IMG/VR virus record: IMGVR_UViG_2778261689_000001
Location: 38,553 to 102,552 of that record
Length of the DNA stretch: 64,000 nucleotides
Source of the DNA: a virus
Taxonomy: Duplodnaviria > Heunggongvirae > Uroviricota > Caudoviricetes
Direction: 5' to 3' (one strand)
Below are positions 47,932 through 61,108 of this stretch, piece after piece (within the stretch, counting starts at the first letter, position 1; each line of letters opens with the position of its first letter). Below the pieces are notes generated by a model. That model did not search any database, was not told where the DNA came from, and was given only the letters and a program-made list of their open reading frames with translations. The translations under genes were made by a program, and so were the position numbers.

Positions 47932-49047
47932 ATGAAAAAAATCACAGTGGCACTTTCTGCGGTTGCAGCATCAGTCCTGATGGCAATGTCTGCACAAGCG
48001 GCAGAAATCTATAACAAAGACGGTAACAAACTGGATCTGTACGGCAAAGTTAATGCAGAGCATTACTTCTCTTCTTCAGCTAGTGATGACGGGGATAAAA
48101 CTTATGCTCGTATGGGTTTCAAAGGTGAAACTCAGATTAATGACCAGTTAACCGGTTTTGGTCAGTGGGAGTACGAATTTAAAGGTAACCGTACTGAAAC
48201 TGAAGGTTCTGATAAAGATAAAACTCGTCTTGCGTTTGCAGGGCTTCGCTTTGGCGATTATGGTTCGCTCGACTATGGTCGCAACTACGGTGTAGCGTAT
48301 GATGTTGGCGCTTGGACTGACGTGCTGCCGGAGTTTGGTGGAGATACCTGGACTCAGACTGATGTATTTATGACCCAGCGTGCTACTGGCGTCGCGACCT
48401 ATCGTAACAATGATTTCTTCGGCTTGGTTGATGGTCTGAACTTTGCTTTGCAGTATCAGGGTAAAAATGATAGTGCTGCAAAAGTGAACAACTGGAAAGG
48501 CCGCGACGTAGTTGAATCTAATGGTGATGGCTTCGGTCTGTCAGCTACTTATGATTATGAAGGATTTGGCATTGGCGCAACTTATGCAAAATCTGACCGT
48601 ACTGATGGACAGGTATCCTATGCTAAAGCCCCTCTGAATCTGAATGCCTCTGGTAAAACTGCTGAAGTATGGGCTACGGGCCTGAAATATGATGCAAACA
48701 ACATTTACCTGGCTACAACTTATTCTGAAACTCAGAATATGACAGTCTTCGGTGATGACCATATCGCGAACAAGGCGAAAAACTTTGAAGCCGTTGCTCA
48801 ATACCAGTTTGATTTCGGCCTGCGTCCGTCCATCGCTTACCTACACTCTCGCGGTGAAAATATTGGTGCGTTCGGTAACCAGGATCTGGTTGAATACATC
48901 GACGTGGGCGCGACTTATTACTTTAACAAAAATATGTCCGCTTTCGTTGACTACAAGATCAACCTGATTGATGAAAGTGAATTTACCAAAACATCTGAGG
49001 TTGCAACCGACAACATCGTTGCTGTTGGTATGACCTACCAATTCTAA
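47932..49047 (+). CDS. General porin of the OmpC/OmpF/NmpC(OmpD/Lc) family, with signal peptide
   Basis: 371 aa; signal peptide ending SAQA; [47 protein letters not shown] and C-terminal VGMTYQF match enterobacterial general porins, closest in pattern to the NmpC/Lc group. Confidence 0.9.
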   Translation: MKKITVALSAVAASVLMAMSAQAAEIYNKDGNKLDLYGKVNAEHYFSSSASDDGDKTYARMGFKGETQINDQLTGFGQWEYEFKGNRTETEGSDKDKTRLAFAGLRFGDYGSLDYGRNYGVAYDVGAWTDVLPEFGGDTWTQTDVFMTQRATGVATYRNNDFFGLVDGLNFALQYQGKNDSAAKVNNWKGRDVVESNGDGFGLSATYDYEGFGIGATYAKSDRTDGQVSYAKAPLNLNASGKTAEVWATGLKYDANNIYLATTYSETQNMTVFGDDHIANKAKNFEAVAQYQFDFGLRPSIAYLHSRGENIGAFGNQDLVEYIDVGATYYFNKNMSAFVDYKINLIDESEFTKTSEVATDNIVAVGMTYQF

Positions 49048-49202
49048 TTTTGGTAGGTAAGAATATGCGGGAAGGGAGTGATGTCACTGCCCGCATATAG
49101 GTGGCACCCTCATGCCACCTTTGAAGAGGCAATAAAATTGCCTCTTCTCAATTTAACTTCATGTTATTTATTACCTTTTTATTAATTTGAAACTCTATTG
49201 TT

Positions 49203-49230
49203 GGGGCGCTTTGTTGCGCCCATTTTTTTA
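49203..49230 (+). terminator. Rho-independent terminator downstream of the porin gene
   Basis: ggggcgc-tttgtt-gcgccc followed by attttttta; further hairpins at 49062-49146. Confidence 0.6.
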
Positions 49231-49280
49231 CACCAATTAGGTAAAGTTATTTTTAAGTAATCGAGCAACTTTCAGCCCTC

Positions 49281-49769
49281 TCAAAATGGAATATCGTCTT
49301 CAAAGTCCATTGGAGGTTCGCTATTGGCGTTGCTCTGAGGTTTACTGCCACCGCTGTATTGCTGGTGGTTTTGAGGTTGGTTTGACTGCCCCCAGCCATT
49401 TGAGAATTGTGAATCGTCGCGGCGAGCGCCGATCATTTGCATGGTGCCGCCCTGGCTGACGATAATTTCCGTCGTGTAACGATCTACACCGGCGTCATCT
49501 GTCCACTTACGGGTTTTAAGTTTCCCTTCGATGTAGACCTGAGAACCTTTTCGTAAATACTCACTCGCAATTTCAGCAAGTTTCCCGAACAAAACGACTC
49601 TATGCCATTCTGTTTGCTCTTTCTGTTGGCCCGTTTGCTTGTCGCGCCATGATTCATTTGTTGCGATGCTTAGTCTTCCGACCGTTCCGCCATTTGGTAT
49701 ATACCTGATCTCCGGGTCTTGCCCCAGGGTACCAATCAGGATGACTTTGTTTACACCGCGTTGTGCCAC
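49281..49769 (-). CDS. ssb: Single-stranded DNA-binding protein Ssb
   Basis: 162 aa; [20 protein letters not shown]-fold start; Gly/Gln-rich linker; C-terminal acidic tail DFEDDIPF; GTG start. Confidence 0.9.
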   Translation of the reverse strand: MAQRGVNKVILIGTLGQDPEIRYIPNGGTVGRLSIATNESWRDKQTGQQKEQTEWHRVVLFGKLAEIASEYLRKGSQVYIEGKLKTRKWTDDAGVDRYTTEIIVSQGGTMQMIGARRDDSQFSNGWGQSNQPQNHQQYSGGSKPQSNANSEPPMDFEDDIPF

Positions 49770-49788
49770 TTTTCTTACCCAATAAAAT

Positions 49789-49805
49789 AAATTAATTAGA
49801 GCAAT
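49789..49805. promoter_or_regulatory. C1-repressor operator (aaattaattagagcaat, 16 of 17) in the ssb/lyz divergent region
   Basis: 20 bp upstream of the ssb start. Confidence 0.5.
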
Positions 49806-49829
49806 AATGTATATCTTTGAAACGTAGCT

Positions 49830-49851
49830 AACAAGTGATTTGCATTATCCT
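49830..49851 (+). promoter_or_regulatory. Late-promoter motif upstream of the endolysin gene (aacaagtgatt-N5-tatcct)
   Basis: Box at 49830-49840, minus-10 at 49846-49851. Confidence 0.45.
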
Positions 49852-49938
49852 GTGTCTTCTAAAGGGATCGAGTCAGTCGGTATTGGCTGTGAATGGGTGT
49901 TTGTCCTGGAGCGTAAAAAATTCGCTTATGAGGTCTTT

Positions 49939-50496
49939 ATGAAGGGAAAAACAGCCGCAGGAGGCGGTGCAATTTGCGCTATCGCGGTGATGATTACCAT
50001 CGTGATGGGTAATGGCAATGTGCGAACCAACCAGGCGGGGCTTGAGCTGATTGGTAACGCTGAAGGTTGCCGACGTGATCCATACATGTGCCCGGCGGGG
50101 GTATGGACTGACGGGATCGGTAATACACACGGGGTAACGCCGGGTGTGCGAAAAACCGACCAGCAAATCGCCGCTGATTGGGAAAAGAATATCCTGATCG
50201 CTGAACGCTGTATTAATCAGCACTTTCGGGGCAAAGACATGCCCGATAATGCCTTCAGTGCAATGACAAGCGCGGCATTCAATATGGGATGCAATAGCTT
50301 ACGGACCTACTACAGCAAAGCGCGAGGCATGCGAGTCGAAACGTCCATCCACAAGTGGGCGCAGAAAGGGGAATGGGTAAATATGTGTAACCATCTCCCT
50401 GATTTTGTGAACAGTAACGGCGTGCCCCTGCGAGGTTTAAAGATTCGCCGTGAAAAAGAACGCCAGCTTTGCCTGACGGGGCTGATCAATGAATAA
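49939..50496 (+). CDS. lyz: SAR endolysin (T4-lysozyme family with N-terminal signal-anchor-release domain; P1 Lyz-like)
   Basis: 185 aa from the MKGK ATG; Gly/Ala-rich weakly hydrophobic N-terminus GGGAICAIAVMITIVMG followed by a lysozyme-type catalytic region (ELIGNAEG...DGIGNTHG). Confidence 0.8.
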   Translation: MKGKTAAGGGAICAIAVMITIVMGNGNVRTNQAGLELIGNAEGCRRDPYMCPAGVWTDGIGNTHGVTPGVRKTDQQIAADWEKNILIAERCINQHFRGKDMPDNAFSAMTSAAFNMGCNSLRTYYSKARGMRVETSIHKWAQKGEWVNMCNHLPDFVNSNGVPLRGLKIRREKERQLCLTGLINE

Positions 50497-50743
50497 ACTC
50501 CGGCAGCTCCGCCGACTTTCGACAATGAAGTTATCGCTGGCGGCGATAGTTTTCGACTCGATTTTCATGGCGGTATATGTGCTCAATGAGACGTGGCCAC
50601 TGGAACCGCTATTGTATGCTGGGCTTCGACTGTGCCTGACATTTTTGAGCATGGCTGCAAGATTGATGCAGCAGAAAGAAACCGCTTCAGATTGTCCACG
50701 CCGCGCGGTGCGCAAATATATGGCACGCAGGCGAAGGCGATAA
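50489..50743 (+). CDS. Possible small membrane protein overlapping the endolysin 3' end (lysis accessory?), uncertain
   Basis: 84-aa ORF with one hydrophobic segment and an Arg-rich C-terminus; no RBS checked; may be non-coding. Confidence 0.3.
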   Translation: MNKLRQLRRLSTMKLSLAAIVFDSIFMAVYVLNETWPLEPLLYAGLRLCLTFLSMAARLMQQKETASDCPRRAVRKYMARRRRR

Positions 50744-50756
50744 TAGTTAACGATAA

Positions 50757-50782
50757 CCCCGGCAGCCGCCGGGGTTATTTTT
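50757..50782. terminator. Hairpin terminator between the lysis genes and the convergent protease gene
   Basis: ccccggc-agcc-gccgggg followed by ttattttt. Confidence 0.6.
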
Positions 50783-50787
50783 GGTGG

Positions 50788-53518
<2,731 letters not shown>

Positions 53519-53551
53519 TTAATTAGAATAATTCGCATCGTGTTTGAACGG

Positions 53552-53573
53552 AATTTAACACTAGTCACTTGTT
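53552..53573 (-). promoter_or_regulatory. Late-promoter motif on the minus strand driving portal/protease (aacaagtgact-N5-taaatt)
   Basis: Plus strand agtcacttgtt at 53563-53573, inside a 21-bp palindrome ttaacactagtcacttgttaa; 12 bp from the darB ATG on the other strand. Confidence 0.4.
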
Positions 53574-53584
53574 AAGGATTACCA

Positions 53585-56500
53585 ATGAACAAGCTATCTA
53601 TGGGTGTGTTTCGCTGTTCAAGTGTCAGCGAAATATTGAAATACATTAGGGCAATAACATCTCACCGAGCGCCGATTAAATACGGCGTGGAAAAGGTGGA
53701 AGGCAAAAGCTATGACCGACTGCGCCGGGAGGCGAATCAGAAGGCGATAGATTTGCTTAATTCGCTGGTGGACGGCGCGACACTGACAGATGAACAGCGC
53801 CAGATCCTGGCCGGGTACACTGGTGAAGGCGGCATTGGCGGGTCCGTCTCCGAATATTACACACCAAAGCCTATCGCTGAAGGTGTCTGGGAGATCATGA
53901 AGCTCTACGGCGCGGACGTAGGTAACACTCTGGAACCATCGGCGGGAACCGGCGTTTTTAATGAGACAAAACCGGTTGGTACGGTGATGACCGCGACTGA
54001 GATCAGCAGTGTTTCCGGTCGTATAAACCAGTTGTTACACCCGGAAGACAGCGTACAGATTTCCCCGTTCGAACAGCTGGCTATAAACACGCCTAACGAT
54101 TCATTCGACCATGTTGTGGGTAACGTTCCGTTCGGCGGTCGTGATAACACACGCAACATCGATAAGCCTTACGCAGAAGAAACGGACATGGGGTCTTACT
54201 TCATGCTCCGCATGCTGGACAAGATAAAACCTGGCGGATTCATGTGTGTGATTGTGCCGCCGTCCATTGTTTCAGGTTCAAACATGAAACGGTTACGCCT
54301 GCGCCTATCACGGAAAGCTGAATTTCTTGGTGCCCACCGCTTGCCTACCGGTACTTTTGACGCAAACGGGACCAGTACAGTTGTTGATGTGGTGCTGATG
54401 CGCAAACATCCGGCAGAGATGGCTGAGAAAATCCCCCTGGTGGATGAAAGCACTCTCGAATCGGCAAATGTGCTTTGGCCAACGTTTATTTCTGGCAAGT
54501 GGTTTGAAAAGGACGGCCGCCGGTTTGTTCATGGCACCCAGGAAAAGGGCTTCCAGGGGCGTATTGAGGTTCGTGCCGACGGTCAGATTGATAACCAGGC
54601 TCTTAAAGCGAAGCTGATTCATCGTTTCGAAAGCCGTATCGACTGGTCTTTGCTCGATATGGCTGAACCGTCACCGACCGCAGACGTTGTTGGTGAAGGG
54701 GAAATGCGCCTGATTAATGGCGTATGGCAAAAATATGCTGGTGGTCGCTGGATTGAAGCTGATGCAGGGAAGGAACTTAAGATCGATGCTGCCAGTTATG
54801 GCGCGGATAGCTGGGAGGCTCTTCAGCGTAACCTGACTACAACAGAAGGCCGTCTCGGCATGACATTTACCCAGATGGCAAATGTCCGCGATAAGTACAC
54901 CACATCAATCAGCGACGATATGGTGCAGCTGGTGGACTGGATTAACAGCCAGCCTGAAAAATACCGTGAACGCTTGTATCGCGGGGCGATGATTGGCCGG
55001 ATGTTAATTGAATATCAGGACATGAAGGCCGCCGGGCATAGTGCTGAACAAATCGAACAGCAGCGCCTTTCTCTGGTATCCCGTTTGCAGGCAGAGATTG
55101 ACCGTTTTGGTAACCCCGGTCGCGGTCCGATAGCGAAATTATCGGGGAGCGGTGCGCGCGCCTGGTTTGCTTTCCGTGGTGCAATTAAGCTGGATGGCAC
55201 TATTTCTGACGAGCTGACAGGAAAACTGGTTACGCATGATTCCAGCGCCAGTTATGACTCCACCAGCTATCAGGACACCCTGCGTTATCTCTACAGTGAT
55301 CTCACTCGCGATCCAATCCAGCTCGATGATTTCCGCCTTGCGTTTACCGGCGAACTGCCAGCCAGTGATGACGAGTTGCTTAATTTATTGGCCAGCACCC
55401 CTGGCATTGCGGTTTCACCGTATGGCGGGATTGTTCCGTTCGCCCGCGCCACCAGCGGCGACATTAACGAGATAGTGGCTCCAAAACAGGAATTCCTCGC
55501 CACGCTCCCCGACGGTCCAGTAAAGAACAACGTCCTTAATCAGCTGGCAGCGATCGAAGAGAAGCGCATCAAGACGCCAGCAGAGAATATCCGCTTTAAG
55601 CTCAATAGCCGTTGGTTCGACCGTTCCGTCATTCTGGAGTTTTTGCAGGAAAACGGCTATCCGGATCTGCGCTATGTGCAGTCAGTGCAGCTGGAAGGCG
55701 ACGAAATGGTTTCTGACACCTATCACGGTGGTGATGGCCTGTTCGTCGGGCACCGATACGGTGTCGTCCAGCGTAAGGATAAAGAAACAGGCGAGATCCG
55801 CTACGAGTGGGACCGTAAATCAGGTGAAAACGCGACCGGGTTCCCGGCACAGCTGGAAAAGTATCTCAATGGTGCGCGTATCGGTGGCAAAGATAGCGCG
55901 ACGGCGAACGGCTACCGCGAGCAGATGGCACTGCTTGAGGACCAGTTCAATAAGTGGATCAAGACGCACGATCGCTACGATGAGCTGGTTGCTAAATACA
56001 ACGATGTGTTCAATAGCAATATCCCGTATGAACACTCTGGCGATCCGCTTGGGTTGAAGGGATTAAGCGGTAAGCGCCAGCCATTTGATTACCAGAATAG
56101 CGAGGTGCGCCGACTGTCCGAAGATGGGCGCGGCATCCTGGGCTTCGGCACCGGGCTGGGTAAAACCACGACCGCGCTGGCGCTTGAGGCGTTCAACTAT
56201 GAGAACGGTCGCTCCACCCGTACTGCGTATGTAGTGCCTAAATCAGTGCTGGAAAACTGGTATTACGAAGCAAAAGAATTCCTGAGTGAAGAGGCATTCA
56301 GTAACTACCTGTTCGTCGGTCTTGATGTGCTGATGGATGGCGATCAGATTCGCCAGGTGCAGGTGCTCGATGAGAACGGTAAACCTGTTCTTGGTACTGA
56401 TGGCACTCCAGTTATGCGCGATGCTCTTAAGCTGGCAGATGAAGCCACTATCACGGCGCGGATGAACGCGATCCCGCACTCAAATTACCGTGCAGTCGTG

Positions 56501-59500
56501 TTTACCAAAGAACAATACGCCCGCATTCCGCTACGTGATGACACCGTAGATGAGCATGCACAGGATATGCTTTATGACTTCGTTGCCGCCGGACGCGTAG
56601 CCAGCGCAATGGACTCCGACTCCCACCGCAAAGAGGCCGCGCGTCGCCGGGTATTGTCGGAGTATTCAGATACCGGCACCGAAAAAGCAGAGAAGTATCC
56701 GTACTTTGAGGATATGGGCTTCGATAGTGTGATCGCCGACGAAGGCCACAACTACCGCAATAGCTATAAAAATGGTCGCGAAGCGTCACAGCTAGCCTAT
56801 CTGCCCACCAGCGCGGTAGCGCAATCGGCGCGAGATATGGCAATTAAAAACGCGTACCTGATGAAAAAGAATGGTGGGCGCGGGCCGGTTCTCCTGACTG
56901 CAACGCCAGTCGTTAACACCCCGATCGATGCATACAACATGCTTTCTCATGTTCTGCCGAAGGAATACTGGCAGAACATGGGGATCTACGGTCCTGATGA
57001 CTTCGTTAAATTCTTCGGCAAGACCAGGCTGGAAACGGTACAGAAAATTAGCGGTGAAGTTGAAGAAAAAATGGCGCTGGTGGGCTTTGAAAACCTTGAT
57101 GCGCTGCGCGGTATATTCCATCGCTGGGTAACGCTTAAAACGGCGGAAGACGTTAAGGATACCGTGGAGATCCCGGAGCTGGACGAACACCAGCAGGATG
57201 CACCACTTACTGAAGAACAACTGGCGGCGTATGAAGAATTGCGTCAGCAGGCGGAAGCGGCGGCCAAAGCCAACAATGGCGTAACGACCTCGGTCAATGA
57301 AGACGGCGTGATTGAGCACGAGAAAGCCCGTCCGATCTTCTCAATAATCAGGGATATGGACCGCGTATGTACTGACATGGACCTGTACTATCGCCGGATC
57401 ACCTATCGTTTCCTGCCGGAGTACGCCGATGCGGTGCAGCAGCTGGCGGACAGTTTGCCTAAACAAGCCACCAGCGAAGACGACGACAGTGATGATTCAA
57501 TCACGCAGCAATCGCAATACTCCCTGATAGATAAGGGCGAGTTTATTCAGTTGCAGGTTCCGGAAGCGTTCGAGCAGGAAGTGAATAAGCGCCTGGCCAG
57601 GTTTGGCATTGACGAACAGACCGTAACTCACCCCGTTACGCCCAAATACGCGAAGCTGATTGCCACGCTGAAGGAGTTTTTCCCGGAAGGTAAGCAAATC
57701 ATCTTCACCGATGAAAAAACGCAGCACCAGAAGCTCAAGCGCATTATCTGCAATGCTCTTAACCTTGAACCTTCAAAGGTGGGGATACTGAATGCTCAGA
57801 CGGTTGCCGAGGCAGGTAAAACCGGTAAGAAACTGAAAGCGGTTAAACCGCCGAAAGAGTTACCGGATGAACCAACAGATGCACAGATAGCGAAATACAA
57901 CGAGCAAATGGCTCTGTATGACGCCTATATCGCGCAGCAAAATGAAATGTCGTTGGGCGGTCTGGAAAAGATTGCAGCCGACTTCCAGGAGGGCCGGACT
58001 CCGATCATCATCTGCAACAAAAAGGCAGAGGTGGGTATCAACCTGCATCGAGGAACGACTGACATCCATCATCTGACGTTGCCATGGACTCCAGCCAGTA
58101 TTGCGCAACGAAACGGTCGCGGTGCCCGAGTTGGCTCCAACCGTGCAAGCGTTCGCGTTCACTACTACTGCGGCAAGGGGTCTTTCGATGAATACCGACT
58201 GAAGACGCTGAAGCGTAAAGCAGGCTGGATCTCCGATATCCTCCGTTCAGATAAGTCAGAAATGGAGAACGCCGACGCCAACGATATGATCGAAATGCAG
58301 ATGTATACCGCGAAGGATGACGGCGAACGTCTGGCAATGATGCAGGTTCAAATGGATAAGGCGAAAGCTGCGAAACGCGCTCGCCAGAAAGAACAGGCTA
58401 CTATCGACCTTCAGAACTACATCAAGGCGCAGCACGCAGCTGGTGAGGATGTGGAGGTACTTACCGCTGAATTGGAGCGAAGCAAAGCGGAACTTGAAAA
58501 GACCACCGCCGACGTCGCCAAATTCAAACAGGCGGTAATGGCCAAAGCAGCTGATAACGCAGACTGGAAAGCCCGCTGGGGTAGCGTCCATCACACAGAC
58601 CGTATGTTGTTAGCACAGTATCGCGCGTCGTTGAAAAGCGCCATTCAGCGCAAGGCTAATATCTCTCAGGCCATCTCCCGCTATGAGAAATTATTGAACC
58701 GTACTCAGAAGGCCGCGACGGATATCAAACGCCTGCGCCCGCTGGTGGAGGATGCAATAAATAAAGGCATTCTGGATGTTGATCCTGATCTGGTTAACCA
58801 TGCGAATGAGTTCCTTGTTATCGGCGATCGCTCATGGCGTGTAGGCCAATACTATGATTGTGCCGGTGATATCGTTCGCATTAAGTCGCTGGACTTCGAC
58901 AGCCAGCGCGCAGACGTGGAGATCATCTTTACCTTCAAAGGCACCAAATCGGGTAACTGGGATGTGAAGACGCTGGATAAACAGGTTGATGTAACTCCCG
59001 ATGAAGATGCTGTTATGCAGAAAATCAGTGGTGGCGTCTCCATCGCCGGGATTAACGACATCGTTTCCTGTGACGATTTCTACCGTTTCCAGCAGCGCGG
59101 CATGATCAAAATCACTGACTCATACGGCGTTCAGACTACAGAGTCAGGCTATAGCATTGATTTTGTTGGTACCTATACGGACCCACTGAAGCATGCGGTT
59201 TACCCGGATCGCCGTGACGGCGCGCTGAAGTCGTCAATTGCAAAATGGGTGCTTGGTATGATGTCGGAAGGGAATAACCGCCAGATCCGTTCGGCAGAAG
59301 CATTCCTGGTTGAACTGTTTGGCTCCAATTATGGCGATGTAATCGCGTCATACGGAGATACGCTATCCCCTGAAGCACTTCAGGAGAAAATAGCGGATGC
59401 GATCGCCAGAATGCCGGAGAAAACAAGCCAGGGGGCTACTCGTAACGGGGATTCTGAACTTGAAGTCACCAATGCCATTTTCGGTACCAATGAGTTCCGG

Positions 59501-60352
59501 GCGTCAGATTATGAGATCACCACAGCACAGTTTGGCACCATTGGCATTTACAGCAATAAAGCCGAGATCAAGCAGGCAATGGACGCAGCAAGCGCGCGCA
59601 TCGCAGCAGAACGGGAAGCCAATCTGAATCATGCAGTCGCCGCGCTGACTCAATCGTGGGTAACAGCAATCAGGGAGGCCGCCACCACAGGGAAAATCAC
59701 ACCTGCAATAGCGGATGTCGTAAACGACGGCTCTAAATTTATGGATGCCTATCAAATGGATGCGGTGAAGTTGCCATCAGCCTATGGTCAACTCAGCTAT
59801 CGCATGACCTACAACCTGGTATCAATGTTTTCCGACCTTGCCATCCTTGGGCTGGTGGATCTTAACGAGGTTACGCCGGAATTGCTCAGCATGCGCAAGA
59901 ATCATGTGGAGATATTGCAGAGAATTAACACGGTTCTTGCCGGGCGCACCGATGAAGAGAAACAGGCCGACGCTGATCGGATAAACCTGGCCCTTGGCAA
60001 CATCACGGAGGAAGAGATTGCCGCCAGAAACGAGAAACAAGAAGAGTTATCATCAATACAGGGTGATGCCACCAGCATAGCTCAGTCTCTTGGTCTGAAT
60101 TATCGCGTATCCACCGCCGACCTGAAGATGATGTACGCACCAAAATTCGCCGCTGGCGAGGTATTTGGGCTTCAGGAAGCCTCAGGCATGAAAGGCGTTC
60201 TTTTCCGTGCGAAAGACGCAATCAAGGCGAAATTCGGCGCTCGCTGGCTGCCAGCGAAGGCGAAGAACAGCGATTTCCCGGGTAACTGGTGGATTATCGA
60301 GACAAAACACAACGTGGCGGACGTTCTGGCCGTCATCCAACAATACGCATAA
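53585..60352 (+). CDS. darB: Giant antirestriction protein DarB (methyltransferase-like N-terminal domain plus SF2 helicase domain)
   Basis: 2255 aa, as in P1 DarB; MTase-like motifs LEPSAGTGVF and VVGNVPFGG; helicase motifs GFGTGLGKT, VIADEGHNYRN (DEGH) and LLTATPVVNTP. Confidence 0.85.
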   Translation: MNKLSMGVFRCSSVSEILKYIRAITSHRAPIKYGVEKVEGKSYDRLRREANQKAIDLLNSLVDGATLTDEQRQILAGYTGEGGIGGSVSEYYTPKPIAEGVWEIMKLYGADVGNTLEPSAGTGVFNETKPVGTVMTATEISSVSGRINQLLHPEDSVQISPFEQLAINTPNDSFDHVVGNVPFGGRDNTRNIDKPYAEETDMGSYFMLRMLDKIKPGGFMCVIVPPSIVSGSNMKRLRLRLSRKAEFLGAHRLPTGTFDANGTSTVVDVVLMRKHPAEMAEKIPLVDESTLESANVLWPTFISGKWFEKDGRRFVHGTQEKGFQGRIEVRADGQIDNQALKAKLIHRFESRIDWSLLDMAEPSPTADVVGEGEMRLINGVWQKYAGGRWIEADAGKELKIDAASYGADSWEALQRNLTTTEGRLGMTFTQMANVRDKYTTSISDDMVQLVDWINSQPEKYRERLYRGAMIGRMLIEYQDMKAAGHSAEQIEQQRLSLVSRLQAEIDRFGNPGRGPIAKLSGSGARAWFAFRGAIKLDGTISDELTGKLVTHDSSASYDSTSYQDTLRYLYSDLTRDPIQLDDFRLAFTGELPASDDELLNLLASTPGIAVSPYGGIVPFARATSGDINEIVAPKQEFLATLPDGPVKNNVLNQLAAIEEKRIKTPAENIRFKLNSRWFDRSVILEFLQENGYPDLRYVQSVQLEGDEMVSDTYHGGDGLFVGHRYGVVQRKDKETGEIRYEWDRKSGENATGFPAQLEKYLNGARIGGKDSATANGYREQMALLEDQFNKWIKTHDRYDELVAKYNDVFNSNIPYEHSGDPLGLKGLSGKRQPFDYQNSEVRRLSEDGRGILGFGTGLGKTTTALALEAFNYENGRSTRTAYVVPKSVLENWYYEAKEFLSEEAFSNYLFVGLDVLMDGDQIRQVQVLDENGKPVLGTDGTPVMRDALKLADEATITARMNAIPHSNYRAVVFTKEQYARIPLRDDTVDEHAQDMLYDFVAAGRVASAMDSDSHRKEAARRRVLSEYSDTGTEKAEKYPYFEDMGFDSVIADEGHNYRNSYKNGREASQLAYLPTSAVAQSARDMAIKNAYLMKKNGGRGPVLLTATPVVNTPIDAYNMLSHVLPKEYWQNMGIYGPDDFVKFFGKTRLETVQKISGEVEEKMALVGFENLDALRGIFHRWVTLKTAEDVKDTVEIPELDEHQQDAPLTEEQLAAYEELRQQAEAAAKANNGVTTSVNEDGVIEHEKARPIFSIIRDMDRVCTDMDLYYRRITYRFLPEYADAVQQLADSLPKQATSEDDDSDDSITQQSQYSLIDKGEFIQLQVPEAFEQEVNKRLARFGIDEQTVTHPVTPKYAKLIATLKEFFPEGKQIIFTDEKTQHQKLKRIICNALNLEPSKVGILNAQTVAEAGKTGKKLKAVKPPKELPDEPTDAQIAKYNEQMALYDAYIAQQNEMSLGGLEKIAADFQEGRTPIIICNKKAEVGINLHRGTTDIHHLTLPWTPASIAQRNGRGARVGSNRASVRVHYYCGKGSFDEYRLKTLKRKAGWISDILRSDKSEMENADANDMIEMQMYTAKDDGERLAMMQVQMDKAKAAKRARQKEQATIDLQNYIKAQHAAGEDVEVLTAELERSKAELEKTTADVAKFKQAVMAKAADNADWKARWGSVHHTDRMLLAQYRASLKSAIQRKANISQAISRYEKLLNRTQKAATDIKRLRPLVEDAINKGILDVDPDLVNHANEFLVIGDRSWRVGQYYDCAGDIVRIKSLDFDSQRADVEIIFTFKGTKSGNWDVKTLDKQVDVTPDEDAVMQKISGGVSIAGINDIVSCDDFYRFQQRGMIKITDSYGVQTTESGYSIDFVGTYTDPLKHAVYPDRRDGALKSSIAKWVLGMMSEGNNRQIRSAEAFLVELFGSNYGDVIASYGDTLSPEALQEKIADAIARMPEKTSQGATRNGDSELEVTNAIFGTNEFRASDYEITTAQFGTIGIYSNKAEIKQAMDAASARIAAEREANLNHAVAALTQSWVTAIREAATTGKITPAIADVVNDGSKFMDAYQMDAVKLPSAYGQLSYRMTYNLVSMFSDLAILGLVDLNEVTPELLSMRKNHVEILQRINTVLAGRTDEEKQADADRINLALGNITEEEIAARNEKQEELSSIQGDATSIAQSLGLNYRVSTADLKMMYAPKFAAGEVFGLQEASGMKGVLFRAKDAIKAKFGARWLPAKAKNSDFPGNWWIIETKHNVADVLAVIQQYA

Positions 60353-60385
60353 CAGGAGCGCCCGGTTCGCCGGGCGTCGCATAAT

Positions 60386-60826
60386 ATGGCCACACTATCT
60401 GATACAATAAAACCGAATAAAACATATCTTGAGGCGGTACTCCGTACAGCGTTGTTAGGAAAGACAGAAGACGAATACGTTGATTTCTTCCTGTCAGGGC
60501 TACGCGGGCGATTACTGAAAAATCCCCGCCTGTACCGCAGCTATGGTCCATACTGGCCGGAAATTAAAAAATTATTACTGGAGCGCGGTTATGGTAATTT
60601 CGGTCGTCTCGTTGACCGTGACGTTCGCAAAATTTACCGTTATGACCGCCCGGCGCTAACACTCATAGCCGCGACGCTCTACAGCCAGGAGCGTTTTGAT
60701 AATGGTCAGATATACTCAGCCTGGCATTTACTGCCAGTGCCTGAAGAAGTTGACGACCAGGACTATGAGTTTGAGTCTTACGATTTGGAAGTTGAAGCCT
60801 TGGCACAGGCTGGAGAGAAAACTTGA
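60386..60826 (+). CDS. Hypothetical protein downstream of darB (P1 Ulx position)
   Basis: 146-aa ORF. Confidence 0.5.
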   Translation: MATLSDTIKPNKTYLEAVLRTALLGKTEDEYVDFFLSGLRGRLLKNPRLYRSYGPYWPEIKKLLLERGYGNFGRLVDRDVRKIYRYDRPALTLIAATLYSQERFDNGQIYSAWHLLPVPEEVDDQDYEFESYDLEVEALAQAGEKT

Positions 60827-61071
60827 AAAAGCGATACTACACAGTAAAGCATGGGACGCTACGAGCATTACAAGAGTTTGCTGATAAGCATAACGTTGAG
60901 GTGCGCAGGGAAGGGGGAAGTAAAGCTCTGCGCATGTACCGTCCGGACGGGAAATGGCGTACGGTCGTCGATTTCAAAACTAACAGCGTTCCCCAGGGCG
61001 TCCGCGACCGGGCATTCGAAGAATGGGAGCAGATCATCATAGATAACGCATTGCTCCTGAATGCTGATTAA
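60823..61071 (+). CDS. Small protein at the P1 Lxc position (modulator of C1 repression), by size and synteny
   Basis: 82 aa; 4-bp overlap with the preceding gene. Confidence 0.5.
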   Translation: MKKRYYTVKHGTLRALQEFADKHNVEVRREGGSKALRMYRPDGKWRTVVDFKTNSVPQGVRDRAFEEWEQIIIDNALLLNAD

Positions 61072-61079
61072 ATCTTTGG

Positions 61080-61104
61080 CTATGCCTGGCTAAGCCAGGC
61101 ATAG
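61080..61104. terminator. Perfect 11-bp-stem hairpin between convergent lxc-like and toxSAS genes (backbone/cargo boundary)
   Basis: ctatgcctggc-tta-gccaggcatag; T-tracts are weak on both strands, so terminator function is uncertain. Confidence 0.5.
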
Positions 61105-61108
61105 GAAT

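Noticed and set aside
54196-60393. Numerous 60-175-aa ORFs on either strand inside darB
   Set aside because: darB is a continuous 2255-aa frame with MTase and helicase motifs; the nested ORFs are frame shadows.
61080-61104. Perfect palindrome considered as a recombination (lox or att) site
   Set aside because: The stem is continuous with a 3-nt loop and has no spacer-plus-arm architecture; a hairpin or terminator between convergent genes is the simpler reading.
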